A stretch of 64,000 nucleotides of DNA from Prevotella sp. (GTDB lineage Bacteria; Bacteroidota; Bacteroidia; Bacteroidales; Bacteroidaceae). Shown in pieces: positions 1 through 9,841 of the stretch. The translations under genes and the position numbers were made by a program. The stretch covers positions 19,697 to 83,696 of the forward strand of contig JBGVBD010000099.1 in NCBI GenBank assembly GCA_045225255.1, in the 5' to 3' direction. The notes under the pieces are model-generated. The model was not told where the DNA came from. It worked only from the letters and a program-made list of their open reading frames with translations, and made no database searches. Every line of letters starts with the position of its first letter. The first letter of the stretch is position 1.

Positions 1-1
1 T

Positions 2-424
2 GCCATTCTGATTCCGAATATTACCTACCATTATTTATGTCATTATCATTCTTTGAGTAATTATCAAGAACGAGAACAGATTAGTAAAGAAGATGTTGTT
101 AAAAACATCTTGACGGTAGAGTATATGAAACGGCAATGTGCTAACACGAAAGGAAAGATATATCAATCTCAACGTTGTATTAATGTATTAAAAACAGATT
201 TTTATATATTGTGCTACATTCTGAAAAATTCAGAAAGGATTTCTCCTTCTTTTACTTGCAAAGAATTAAAAGATATCATGAGGCACCCTGTATCTTTTTC
301 TGAAATAGTAACTTTTAAGCATGGAAAATTAAAGAATATATTACTATATCTATTAAGTAAGTTACCAGCAAAGATCTTAGTGTGGGTAGTCACTGTGATA
401 GGAAAAATTAAGAATTTCATCTAA
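2..424 (+). CDS. Glycosyltransferase (probably GT2), C-terminal part; truncated by window edge
   Basis: Frame is open from base 2 (AILIPNITYHYLCHYHSL...), resembling a GT2 C-terminal segment; glycosyltransferase context. Confidence 0.55.
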   Translation, partial: AILIPNITYHYLCHYHSLSNYQEREQISKEDVVKNILTVEYMKRQCANTKGKIYQSQRCINVLKTDFYILCYILKNSERISPSFTCKELKDIMRHPVSFSEIVTFKHGKLKNILLYLLSKLPAKILVWVVTVIGKIKNFI

Positions 425-451
425 TAACGAAAGAAACAGAAGTAGAGTAAA

Positions 452-1564
452 ATGAAAATAATATATTTATATTCGTCGTTAGCCGTCTGGGGTGGAGTTG
501 AACGCATCTTGGTGGATAAGATGAACTATCTGGTTCGTAAGAATGGCGATGATATATATATGATTACTTCTGATCAGGGAAAACACCCTATTCCTTATGC
601 AATAGATGAACGGATTCATTTGATAGATTTGAATATTCGTTTTTATACCAGATACAATTTTGGAAGAGTACGTAGATGGTTTGTATATAGGAAAATGTCA
701 TGTTCTTATCATAAGCGTTTGTATCACCTGTTGAAAGAGATAAAGCCAGATGTGATGGTCTGTACAACGGCTCAAGACATGCACTCTTTATTGAAGATTA
801 AAGGTAAGATACCGCTTGTTGTGGAGTCGCATGTCAATTTTGCTCATTCAGACTCATGGATACATCTTGGACAAACTTATCTTAATAACTACTGGATTGG
901 GAAGGCAGAGGCGGTCGTATCATTGACAGAAGGGGATGCTAAAAAATGGCATCGTGTTTCCAAGCATGTACATGTCATTCCGAATATTGTTCATTTGAAC
1001 GAAACGGAAAAATATAGTGAATGTGTTAATAAACGTGCAATCTTTGTTGGACGGTTGGTTGAGCAAAAGGGTCTTCCAGATTTATTGACAGTATGGAAGA
1101 TGGTTAACCGCAGACATTCTGATTGGCAGTTGGATGTTTATGGTGATGGTAAGATGGACTCGATGCCGGAAATAAATTTGTATGTTCATGCACCTGTCTC
1201 TACTATTTTTGACAAGTATATGGAGAGTTCTATGCTTTTATTGACTTCTGTCTACGAGCCTTTTGGCTTAGTGATGCCAGAAGCGATGAGTTGTGGCTTA
1301 CCCGTTATCGCTTTTGATAGTCCTTATGGTCCTGCAGCTATTATAACAGATGGTAAGGACGGCTTCTTGATTCGGAACCGTGACTGTCAAACTTTTGCTG
1401 ACCGTGTATGTCTGTTGATAGAAGACTATGAATTACGTCAACGTATGAGCAGAAATGCAATCCAGTCCTCTCAAAGGTATTCTGCAGACAAGATTATGCC
1501 TCGATGGAAGGCTTTGTTCTCTTCCCTAACATCCAAGGTGCCTTTGCCTGAAGGAAGAGAATGA
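452..1564 (+). CDS. Glycosyltransferase family 4
   Basis: GGVER N-terminal motif, FVGRLVEQKG, EPFGLVMPEAMSCGLP (ExF-x6-E). Confidence 0.92.
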   Translation: MKIIYLYSSLAVWGGVERILVDKMNYLVRKNGDDIYMITSDQGKHPIPYAIDERIHLIDLNIRFYTRYNFGRVRRWFVYRKMSCSYHKRLYHLLKEIKPDVMVCTTAQDMHSLLKIKGKIPLVVESHVNFAHSDSWIHLGQTYLNNYWIGKAEAVVSLTEGDAKKWHRVSKHVHVIPNIVHLNETEKYSECVNKRAIFVGRLVEQKGLPDLLTVWKMVNRRHSDWQLDVYGDGKMDSMPEINLYVHAPVSTIFDKYMESSMLLLTSVYEPFGLVMPEAMSCGLPVIAFDSPYGPAAIITDGKDGFLIRNRDCQTFADRVCLLIEDYELRQRMSRNAIQSSQRYSADKIMPRWKALFSSLTSKVPLPEGRE

Positions 1565-2522
1565 TAGGGTAGAGAAGAAGAGTTACTACTAATCCCAAGG
1601 TATATGCCTCTAAAGAGGTATATGTATAGTCTCCTGATACATGGAAGAAGGGCTTGAGAATGCCATAACGGATAGTTCCAACCATCATCCAGTGTAATCC
1701 GATGAACACCATGGTGCCATTGGAGAAATTTACGACTATCTTTGAATGTACACCATCCAGCATCTTACAGAAGAAGATGAAGGCGAGTAGTCCGAACAGC
1801 ACTGTAGGGAAGTAAGACAACATGTGCAATGGAAAATTTGTTTCATTAGCGTGATAGACAAAGAGGACGATGCTTAAGATGAAGGTGATGATAAACCATC
1901 CTGCGTCTTTCTTGAAATCACAAGTCTTGAAGATTCCATGTTGTTGACACAGGTATCCCATGTAATAGAAAATGAGGGATTTGGAGATACCAAATGAAAC
2001 ATAGTGTGCTGGAAAATCTCCGTGTTTAATAGCGACATATATTCCCATGGATAGTAGACAAAGTATTGCCATGATGATATTCCCGTATTTTATCCGTAGG
2101 CAGATGTCTAATAGTATGTGCATAATAAATAGGGCAGCAATGAACCATGTAACAGGATTCAGTTCTTCTGAAAAACTATTATTGGATTGTAAAAGTATAG
2201 TGCCATATATAGGTCGCATGATATCTGTAAGGGTGGGCATATTGCCATGTGTCGAATAGAATTTGATAAACCAATAAGGGAAAAAGAGTATATTATAAAT
2301 AAGGTATGGAATACCTAACTGGTATCCATATTTCTTGATTTCTTCTTTCAAGTTAGTACGTTTCTTCTTCAAATAACCAGAGTTGAACATCAGACAGGCA
2401 AGAAGGAATACCATAAAATAAGTGACAGGCTGGTCACCTAAAGCCTGTGGAATATGGACAGGTATAACCAGTGCTACAGCCAAAAACTTTGCCCAGTCTA
2501 TCCAATTGATTCTTTCGTTCAT
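1494..2522 (-). CDS. Acyltransferase family 3 (membrane O-acyltransferase)
   Basis: ERINWIDWAK...H motif, FNSGY, multiple TM segments; ATG at 2522 chosen because a -7 promoter lies just upstream. Confidence 0.85.
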   Translation of the reverse strand: MNERINWIDWAKFLAVALVIPVHIPQALGDQPVTYFMVFLLACLMFNSGYLKKKRTNLKEEIKKYGYQLGIPYLIYNILFFPYWFIKFYSTHGNMPTLTDIMRPIYGTILLQSNNSFSEELNPVTWFIAALFIMHILLDICLRIKYGNIIMAILCLLSMGIYVAIKHGDFPAHYVSFGISKSLIFYYMGYLCQQHGIFKTCDFKKDAGWFIITFILSIVLFVYHANETNFPLHMLSYFPTVLFGLLAFIFFCKMLDGVHSKIVVNFSNGTMVFIGLHWMMVGTIRYGILKPFFHVSGDYTYTSLEAYTLGLVVTLLLYPIILFLQAKAPWMLGKRTKPSIEA

Positions 2523-2527
2523 GCTGA

Positions 2528-2596
2528 CAAAGGTACAAAAAAGAGCGTAAAAAAACAAATAATATTTGGAGATTTGCAGAAGAATAATTATCTTTG
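2528..2596. promoter_or_regulatory. Divergent Bacteroidota sigma-A promoters
   Basis: TACCTTTG on - strand (2528-2535); TTTG(2565-2568)-N20-TATCTTTG(2589-2596) on + strand, matching the -33/-7 consensus. Confidence 0.75.
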
Positions 2597-2623
2597 CATA
2601 ATGAATCCTAAAGCATTGATGTT

Positions 2624-3469
2624 ATGGCAGAATGGTATGAAAAATATCTGAGTATTTATGATAAACCTTTTAGTGAGGTGCCTCAAGAAGTGATTGACGG
2701 TACTCGTGAGCGATTGGCAAGTTTGCAAAGTACAGAGCCTGTTGCTTCTATCGTCATTGTTGCCTATAATGAAGAGAAACATTTGCCTGCGTGTCTGTGG
2801 TCATTAAGCGATATACAGTGTAAGTACCCGGTTGAGTTTATCGGAGTGGATAATGAGTCTAAAGACAGGACAGCGGAGATTTATGAGGAAATGGGTGTTA
2901 CTTATTATATTGAGCATCAGCATACTTGTGGTTATGCACGTCAGTGTGGTCTGAACCAGTCAAAAGGTAGATTCTATATGTGTATTGACTCTGATACGAT
3001 ATATCCTCCTCATTATTTTGAATTAATGATCGACGAGTTGATGAAACCTGGAGTGTCAGCAGTGGCATCGTTATGGAGTTTTTATCCTAATGAACGCTTT
3101 TCCAAGTTCGGATTAAAGATATATGAGTTCTGTCGTGATATTTATCTGAAGATACAAAGTATCAACCGTCCAGAGTTAAGTGTTCGAGGTATGGCTTTTG
3201 CCTTTGTTGCTGAATACGCGAAGAAAGAGGGATATCGTGTAGAACTGTTACGTGGTGAAGATGGCTCTATGGCTTTGGCAATGAAGAAATATGGTAAGAT
3301 CAAGTTTGTCTATGACAAGCGTTGTCGTGTCATCACCAGTTATAGTTCTTTCAAGGAAGGAACTTTGACAAAAGCCATGTGGAACCGTTTCAAGTCATAC
3401 GGCATTGTCCGTCTTTTCTATAAGACGGATCATTATGAGGATGCCAAGGATAATTTCCTAAAGAAGTAG
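2624..3469 (+). CDS. Glycosyltransferase family 2
   Basis: IVAYNEE, VDNESKD, CIDSD (DxD), GEDG motifs. Confidence 0.9.
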   Translation: MAEWYEKYLSIYDKPFSEVPQEVIDGTRERLASLQSTEPVASIVIVAYNEEKHLPACLWSLSDIQCKYPVEFIGVDNESKDRTAEIYEEMGVTYYIEHQHTCGYARQCGLNQSKGRFYMCIDSDTIYPPHYFELMIDELMKPGVSAVASLWSFYPNERFSKFGLKIYEFCRDIYLKIQSINRPELSVRGMAFAFVAEYAKKEGYRVELLRGEDGSMALAMKKYGKIKFVYDKRCRVITSYSSFKEGTLTKAMWNRFKSYGIVRLFYKTDHYEDAKDNFLKK

Positions 3470-4570
3470 GAATCTCTTCAGTACTTTCTCTACGATAGGA
3501 GCCATGTCGTAGTATTTGTACTCGGCAAGTCTACCACCAAAAATGATGTTGGTCTCTTGCTGAGCCAATGCTTCGTATTGTTGGTATAACTGGTTATTCC
3601 TATCGTTATTGATGGGATAGTAGGGCTCCAGACCTTCCTCCCATTCTACGGAATACTCTCGGCTGATGACTGTCTGAGGGTTCTTGTCAACCTCGGCGGC
3701 AAACGACTCGAAATGTTTATGCTCGATGATACGGGTATAGGGAATCTCTGCCTCAGTATAGTTAATTTGCGCCAGTCCCTGATAGTTGGAAGTAGGAAGT
3801 GTCTCAGTTTCAAATCTAACAGTTCGGTAGTCCAGTTTACCATATCTGAAATCGTAGAACTCATCAATTCTTCCTGTAAAGACAATGTTATCAGCCATTG
3901 CTTCCAATTCCTTTCTATTGGAGAAGAAGTCCGTATTTATCTGAGACTCAATATTTTCTAACAATCCATTAATGAGTTTATTATATCCGCCGATGGGTAC
4001 TCCCTGATAAGAGTCATTGAAATAGTTGTTGTCATAAACGAATCTGACAGGTAAGCGTTTGATGATGAAAGGCGGTAGTTCGGTGCATTTACGTCCCCAT
4101 TGTTTTTCGGTATATCCTTTGATGAGGCGTTCGTAAATATCTCTTCCTACTAAAGATATAGCCTGTTCCTCTAGATTGGTAATTTCCTTCCCCTCCATCT
4201 CTTTGCGTTGCTCTTCTATTTTCTTTTTAGCCTCGTCAGGAGTGATGACTCCCCACATTTGCGAGAAGGTGTTCATGTTGAAAGGCAGGTTGTATGCCTT
4301 TCCTTTGTAGATGGCAACAGGTGATTCTGTGAATCTGTTGAACTCTACGATGGAGTTGACGAAATCCCATACTTTCTTATTGGATGTATGGAAAATATGT
4401 GGACCGTATTTGTGGACATTGATATTGGCAATGTTCTCACAATATAGGTTACCGCCCAGTTGTGGACGTTTGTCAATGACCAGACACTTCTTTCCCTGTT
4501 GTTTTGCACAGTGTGCGAATGTAGAACCGTATAAACCTGCTCCAACAATCAGATAATCATATTTTGCCAT
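3458..4570 (-). CDS. glf: UDP-galactopyranose mutase
   Basis: IVGAGLYG FAD motif, HKYGPHIFHT, YTRIIEHKHF, EPYYP, GRLAEYKYYDM. Confidence 0.96.
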   Translation of the reverse strand: MAKYDYLIVGAGLYGSTFAHCAKQQGKKCLVIDKRPQLGGNLYCENIANINVHKYGPHIFHTSNKKVWDFVNSIVEFNRFTESPVAIYKGKAYNLPFNMNTFSQMWGVITPDEAKKKIEEQRKEMEGKEITNLEEQAISLVGRDIYERLIKGYTEKQWGRKCTELPPFIIKRLPVRFVYDNNYFNDSYQGVPIGGYNKLINGLLENIESQINTDFFSNRKELEAMADNIVFTGRIDEFYDFRYGKLDYRTVRFETETLPTSNYQGLAQINYTEAEIPYTRIIEHKHFESFAAEVDKNPQTVISREYSVEWEEGLEPYYPINNDRNNQLYQQYEALAQQETNIIFGGRLAEYKYYDMAPIVEKVLKRFLLL

Positions 4571-4595
4571 CTTTTTTTTTTTTAGGTTTCAGATT

Positions 4596-4657
4596 GCAAA
4601 TATACAAATTATTTTCAATTATCAATTATCAATTATCAATTATTTCACTATCTTTGC
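4596..4657. promoter_or_regulatory. Back-to-back -7 promoter elements for glf and the acyltransferase
   Basis: TATATTTG on - strand (4597-4604) and TATCTTTG on + strand (4649-4656). Confidence 0.7.
4615..4642. repeat. Heptamer tandem repeat (TCAATTA)x4
   Basis: Four perfect copies read directly. Confidence 0.95.
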
Positions 4658-4663
4658 AATGAA

Positions 4664-5683
4664 ATGGCAAAGGAACGTATACAATACATTGATGCGATGC
4701 GAGGATTTACGATGATTCTCGTAGTCTATTCCCATGTCTGTATCTTCTGTTTCAAGGAATATTTCATGGCATTCAATGATATTCTGTTCTTGTTACGATT
4801 ACCATGTTTCTTTATGATTAGTGGCTGGTTATTCTTCAAGGTGGGGCGAGTTTGGGATTCGTCCACAGTTCGTCAGGTGGTCAGTAATAAATTTATGGTA
4901 CAGATCGTTCCTACCGTTATTTTCCTGGCACTACATGAGCGTTCCAACTTCTTCCATCAGTTAGGTGCTTTCAAGGGTGGCTATTGGTTCACATTTGGAC
5001 TGTTTGTCTTTTTTGTGATTTATATTCTGTCTTCGTTGGCTTTCCGTCATTGTAAGTATAAAGACGGATGGATGCTATTGACCACACTCGTCATTTCCAT
5101 GGCTGCTTATTGGTATGATATTCATTATCGTCAAGTATCTCCTCAAATAGGGTGGGGACGTGAGGTGTTAGGATTCTTAAGCTTTGTTACTTGGCGCTAT
5201 TATTTATTCTTTTTTTTAGGAACGTTGGTAAAAAAATATTTTGATCATTTTCTACGTTTGACCAATCATCGTGTTATTTTTCTTTCTATCATAGTGATTT
5301 TCTTCCTTGTCGCTCTCATATCCCGTCGTGAATATTACCTATGGGCATATTTGAGATTTGCTATCAGTGGTATTTGCGGTATGGTGATGGTCTTTACTTT
5401 TTTTCGTAAGTTTGCCTCGTGGTTTACGAAGGAGAAACGGCTTGGTCGGGGTCTTCAATATATCGGTACGCGGACTTTGGATATATACCTATTGCATTTC
5501 TTCTTTCTTCCAGAGTCGATACTTCTTTATAATCGACAAATCCTTGCCTACGATAATACCTTGATAGAAGTAGGAATAGTCTTATTAGAAGCACTTTTGG
5601 TGGTAGGAGCCTGTTTGGTAACCAGCTACATCCTTCGCCTAAGTCCGTTTTTGGCAAAATATTTGTTTGGAGTACGAAAATAG
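4664..5683 (+). CDS. Acyltransferase family 3
   Basis: RIQYIDAMRGFTMILVVYSH, FFMISG, GYWF, GTRTLDIYLLH. Confidence 0.9.
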   Translation: MAKERIQYIDAMRGFTMILVVYSHVCIFCFKEYFMAFNDILFLLRLPCFFMISGWLFFKVGRVWDSSTVRQVVSNKFMVQIVPTVIFLALHERSNFFHQLGAFKGGYWFTFGLFVFFVIYILSSLAFRHCKYKDGWMLLTTLVISMAAYWYDIHYRQVSPQIGWGREVLGFLSFVTWRYYLFFFLGTLVKKYFDHFLRLTNHRVIFLSIIVIFFLVALISRREYYLWAYLRFAISGICGMVMVFTFFRKFASWFTKEKRLGRGLQYIGTRTLDIYLLHFFFLPESILLYNRQILAYDNTLIEVGIVLLEALLVVGACLVTSYILRLSPFLAKYLFGVRK

Positions 5684-5761
5684 CTATAAAATGCTATCTT
5701 TTTTGATAGAAAATCTTTTATTCTCAATAGTTTTTTGTATTTTTGTGGAAAAATTGAAGCG

Positions 5762-7501
5762 ATGTATACACTGAAAGAATTAAAAAGAATGGCAAAAGAG
5801 GTGTTGCCAGAACCTAAAACAAAGATAGCTTTGTTAGGCGATACTGCTACCCAATTGTTGGCAACTGCCATCCAAGGTGAGGCAGTGTCACGTCAATTAT
5901 CTATTGACCTGTATGAAGGGGAATATAGTCAAGTAGAGCGTCAGTTATTGGATACGACCAGTGAGTTATATGCTTTTGACCCGGATATCTTGGTCATCTT
6001 CCAATCTACACATAAGTTATGTGAACATCATAGCGAACTGGATACAGTTCATCAAGCAATGCTTGCAACCGAACGATTGGATTTTATCACGACCGTTTGT
6101 CAGAATCCGCAATTGGCAAGTAAGAAAATCATTTGTTTCAACTATCCGGAGATAGAAGATACTGTATTTGGCAGTTATGCCAACAAAGTGACGGAGTCGT
6201 TTACTTATCAGGTTCGTAAACTGAATTATGAGTTGATGAACCTCTCACAACAGAATGCCAACCTTTTTGTCTGTGATATCGCTGGTATCCAGAACAAGTT
6301 AGGGCGCGATATGATGTATGCCTCTAATGTCTATGTGAGTACGGAGATGGTGCTGAGCGTGGATGCTGTTCCCTATGTTGCTTCTCGATTGATGGATATC
6401 ATTGGCGCTATGAAGGGGCAGTTTAAGAAATGTCTGATTCTCGATTTGGATAACACTCTATGGGGAGGGGTTATTGGTGACGATGGATTAGAAGGCATAC
6501 AGTTGGGACATGGTCTTGGCATCGGAAAAGCATTCACAGAATTCCAGATGTGGGTCAAGAAATTGAAGGCTCGTGGAATCATTATCTGTGTTGCCTCCAA
6601 GAATAATGAGGATACAGCAAAAGAACCGTTTGAGAAGCACCCGGATATGATTCTGAAGTTAGAGGATATCGCTGTATTTATGGCAAACTGGGAAACGAAG
6701 GTGGACAACATTCGTGCTATTCAGCAGATTCTGAATATTGGTTTTGACTCTATGGTCTTCTTGGACGATAATCCTTTTGAACGGAATATCGTTCGTGAAA
6801 ACATACCAGGTATTACTGTCCCGGAACTACCTGAGGATCCAGGTGAGTATCTGGAGTACCTGTATTCACTGAATCTTTTTGAGACAGCATCCTATAGTGG
6901 AGCCGACAAGGATCGTACGAAACAGTATCAAGTGGAGGCACAGCGAGTGTCACTCAGCAAGACTTTCACGAACGAAGCAGATTTCCTAAAATCACTCAAT
7001 ATGATATCAAAGGTGAGTGGCTTTACGAAGTTTAATACTCCCCGTGTCGCTCAGTTATCACAGCGTAGTAATCAATTCAATCTTCGGACTATTCGTTATA
7101 CTGAAGCGGATATTGAGTCGATGGCTGCAGACCCGAAGGTGATAGACCTGAGTTTTACCTTAGAGGATAAGTTTGGTGACAATGGTCTAATAGCCGTCAT
7201 TATCATGAAAGAGATGGATATTGAAACTTTGTTCGTAGATACTTGGTTTATGAGTTGCCGAGTATTGAAACGAGGTATGGAGAACTTCACTTTGAACACG
7301 ATGGTGGAACTGGCGAAGGCAAAAGGTTATCGTCGTATTATCGGTGAATATCTTCCTACGGCGAAGAATAAAATGGTTGAGCAACATTATCCTAATTTGG
7401 GCTTCCTGCCTATAAAAGAGGCGTCAACTGCTCAGTATGTATTAGAGGTAGAGAGTTATGAACCGCGTGAATGTTATATAGAAAAGAATCATGAAGTGTG
7501 A
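5762..7501 (+). CDS. FkbH-like HAD-IIIC phosphatase / glyceryl-ACP transferase
   Basis: LDLDNTLWGG (HAD motif I), SKN, FLDDNPFER, RSNQFNL, DKFGDNG, MSCRV; TATTTTTG promoter at 5738-5745 supports ATG 5762. Confidence 0.92.
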   Translation: MYTLKELKRMAKEVLPEPKTKIALLGDTATQLLATAIQGEAVSRQLSIDLYEGEYSQVERQLLDTTSELYAFDPDILVIFQSTHKLCEHHSELDTVHQAMLATERLDFITTVCQNPQLASKKIICFNYPEIEDTVFGSYANKVTESFTYQVRKLNYELMNLSQQNANLFVCDIAGIQNKLGRDMMYASNVYVSTEMVLSVDAVPYVASRLMDIIGAMKGQFKKCLILDLDNTLWGGVIGDDGLEGIQLGHGLGIGKAFTEFQMWVKKLKARGIIICVASKNNEDTAKEPFEKHPDMILKLEDIAVFMANWETKVDNIRAIQQILNIGFDSMVFLDDNPFERNIVRENIPGITVPELPEDPGEYLEYLYSLNLFETASYSGADKDRTKQYQVEAQRVSLSKTFTNEADFLKSLNMISKVSGFTKFNTPRVAQLSQRSNQFNLRTIRYTEADIESMAADPKVIDLSFTLEDKFGDNGLIAVIIMKEMDIETLFVDTWFMSCRVLKRGMENFTLNTMVELAKAKGYRRIIGEYLPTAKNKMVEQHYPNLGFLPIKEASTAQYVLEVESYEPRECYIEKNHEV

Positions 7502-7886
7502 ATTAGAGCATGTAGGCTATGTGACTGATGATATAGCCAAGACGGCAGAATCCTTTCGCCTATTAGGTTATGAGGCTGGTAGTATCGTAAATGATGATAC
7601 TCAGCGTACCCGTATCTGTTTTCTTTGTAAGTCGGGAGAAACGAAGATAGAACTGGTAGAACCCTATGAAGATAACAAGACGATGCAGAAGATGTTGAAA
7701 CGTGGAGTGACTCCTTATCATACCTGTTATGTTGTGGATAATATAAAAACAGCCTATGAGGAGATGTTGGACAATGACTTTACTCCATTGTTCAAACCTG
7801 TGGCTGCACCCGCTTTTGATAACCGGTTGATATGTTATTTCTGGAAAAGTGAGGTGGGTTTTATAGAATTGGTTAATCGCTCATAA
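7491..7886 (+). CDS. VOC family protein (methylmalonyl-CoA epimerase-like)
   Basis: EHVGY, IELVEP, YHTCY, IELV metal-ligand pattern (H/E/H/E); overlaps the fkbH-like stop. Confidence 0.85.
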   Translation: MKCELEHVGYVTDDIAKTAESFRLLGYEAGSIVNDDTQRTRICFLCKSGETKIELVEPYEDNKTMQKMLKRGVTPYHTCYVVDNIKTAYEEMLDNDFTPLFKPVAAPAFDNRLICYFWKSEVGFIELVNRS

Positions 7887-7900
7887 AAAGAGAGAATTTG

Positions 7901-8971
7901 ATGGTAAGAGAACGTAATTTTGAAGTCATGAGGACATGGGCAATGTTTAGTATTGTCATCTATCATTGTATGTGTCATGGTATCGGGGCTGACTATGCCT
8001 TTGATTCGCAGGAGCCTGTATCGTTGTTTAACTTCACTTTCTCTGACCTTATTCTTGTCTTTGGTAGTATCGCTGTCAACCTATATGTGTTGGTCTCTGG
8101 CTATTTTCTGGTGAGTGCGAAATTTAAATTCAGCAGGATAGTAAGGACATGGACGAGTGCCTTCTTCTATTCCGTCATCATCACGACCACCTTCATGTTA
8201 TTGTCTTTGGAACCATGGAGCATCGTGACATTGGGTAAGAGTTTCTTCCCACTTAGTACGGATGCTTATTGGTTCGTGACACAGTATATTGGTCTGCTAA
8301 TCCTGTCGCCCTTCCTTGCCATACTCGTCAGGCAGTTGTCATACAGACAGTATGTGGCATTGTTGATTGGAATGGGTTTTATGGTTTTGTCTGTCATCCC
8401 CGATTTCCCTTTAGGCAAGCGCTTCAGTATCTCTCATGGTAATTCCGTGTGGAGTTTTGTCTATTTGTTCTTCATAGCAGGTTTTATCCGATTTCACTTG
8501 AAAAGGTTTTCTATGGGTAGGTTGCTGATGACAGTAGTCGGTTTGATATTGCTGACTATGGCATCCGAGATGATCCTGGGTAAACGTGATGGCGCTTCCC
8601 ATCTCTTCTGGTTTAATTACAATGGTATTCTCCTGTTCCTCTCCGTTGCTGTGTTTATCTTGATCCGTCAACTACAGATTCCGGAGACGTGGATATGGAA
8701 CCTGATGGTTAATGTGGCACCTTATACCTTTGGAGTCTATTTGATACATGACCATCTTTTGGTACGCGATTGGCTTTGGAAAACGCTTTCCATGACCTCG
8801 TATGCCAACCAGTGGACATACGCTTTGATAGTGATTGCCGTATGTTTGTCGATTTTTACCGTCTGCTTGCTGATAGATTCTGTCAGAAAGAAGCTCTTCA
8901 CCATCTTTCGGATAGATAACATTCTTGTCAGGTTAGATCGCTGGTCTTATTTCTCGAAGCTCTTTACTTAA
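7901..8971 (+). CDS. Acyltransferase family 3
   Basis: RERNFEVMRTWAMFSIVIYH, LVSGYF, YWFV, TFGVYLIH. Confidence 0.85.
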   Translation: MVRERNFEVMRTWAMFSIVIYHCMCHGIGADYAFDSQEPVSLFNFTFSDLILVFGSIAVNLYVLVSGYFLVSAKFKFSRIVRTWTSAFFYSVIITTTFMLLSLEPWSIVTLGKSFFPLSTDAYWFVTQYIGLLILSPFLAILVRQLSYRQYVALLIGMGFMVLSVIPDFPLGKRFSISHGNSVWSFVYLFFIAGFIRFHLKRFSMGRLLMTVVGLILLTMASEMILGKRDGASHLFWFNYNGILLFLSVAVFILIRQLQIPETWIWNLMVNVAPYTFGVYLIHDHLLVRDWLWKTLSMTSYANQWTYALIVIAVCLSIFTVCLLIDSVRKKLFTIFRIDNILVRLDRWSYFSKLFT

Positions 8972-9838
8972 TTTCTCTGAGTAGATCTCTGCTCCTTTTC
9001 TGTTCAGGTGTCCGAAGTCAAAGAAGAGTTCGGCATGCCCTACAAAATCACTGTCCCGATAATGGTCAAGAAATGGGATATGATGCTTCTCGGATAGTTC
9101 ACGGATAAATTTAAAGACGTCCTGTTTAGAACAAATATACATGGGTGACTCTACAAGAACCAGTCGGATTTGATGCTGTTGACAGTCGTTGATAAACCGT
9201 TCCAGGAGAGCAACTCGTTCTGTATCTACAGGAAATGGATATTCTTCTGCTTTTATTCCTGTTGTGTCCAAGACACCATCCATAGGTTTCCATCCTTTCA
9301 GACTTCTGTCCATTGTTCCCAACTTACCAGTTAGAAGATTGGGAAGACTACCAGAATAGCGAAAAGTGTGTGATAATTGGTATTGCCAATATTTTCCAGT
9401 TTTCTTCAGCATCTCGTCACATCCATTGCTCATACCGCAGTAAGGTGCTAAAGAGCCAGCCCGTTCTGTTCCTGAGTATGGGGTTTCCATCCAGTCGCAG
9501 GGGTGAATTTCAAAAATAATAGTTTGTGGGGTGTATCGTGTCAGAATATTACTGAGCAGACCATAATGGTAATAGATGTTCTTGATACCCCAGTCTGCAA
9601 CATTGTAACAGCTTTTTCCTAATTCTTTCTCAAAGATAGTTGGTGCATAATGATGTAGGCAACGTGAACTGCCGAAGAACAGTAAGGAGTCACATGTCGT
9701 CTCATTAGAATAACTGATCTTGTATTCGTCTGTGGCATTCGACTGGCTATATAGAAATTTCAGTCCATATCCTAATGCTCTGTCGAACAAGAAGAATAGA
9801 CAGATGACGATGCCGATATGTAAGAGTAATTTCTTCAT
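8933..9838 (-). CDS. SGNH-like extracytoplasmic acyltransferase (DltD/AlgJ-like partner of the MBOAT)
   Basis: N-terminal anchor, FFGSSR block I, FDFGHLN (DxxH); directly downstream of the MBOAT gene. Confidence 0.65.
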   Translation of the reverse strand: MKKLLLHIGIVICLFFLFDRALGYGLKFLYSQSNATDEYKISYSNETTCDSLLFFGSSRCLHHYAPTIFEKELGKSCYNVADWGIKNIYYHYGLLSNILTRYTPQTIIFEIHPCDWMETPYSGTERAGSLAPYCGMSNGCDEMLKKTGKYWQYQLSHTFRYSGSLPNLLTGKLGTMDRSLKGWKPMDGVLDTTGIKAEEYPFPVDTERVALLERFINDCQQHQIRLVLVESPMYICSKQDVFKFIRELSEKHHIPFLDHYRDSDFVGHAELFFDFGHLNRKGAEIYSEKLSKELREIRPAI

Positions 9839-9841
9839 AGG

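Noticed and set aside
1494-1564. Convergent 3' overlaps (also 3458-3469 and 8933-8971) as antisense regulation
   Set aside because: Short tail-to-tail overlaps are common in compact loci; no further support.
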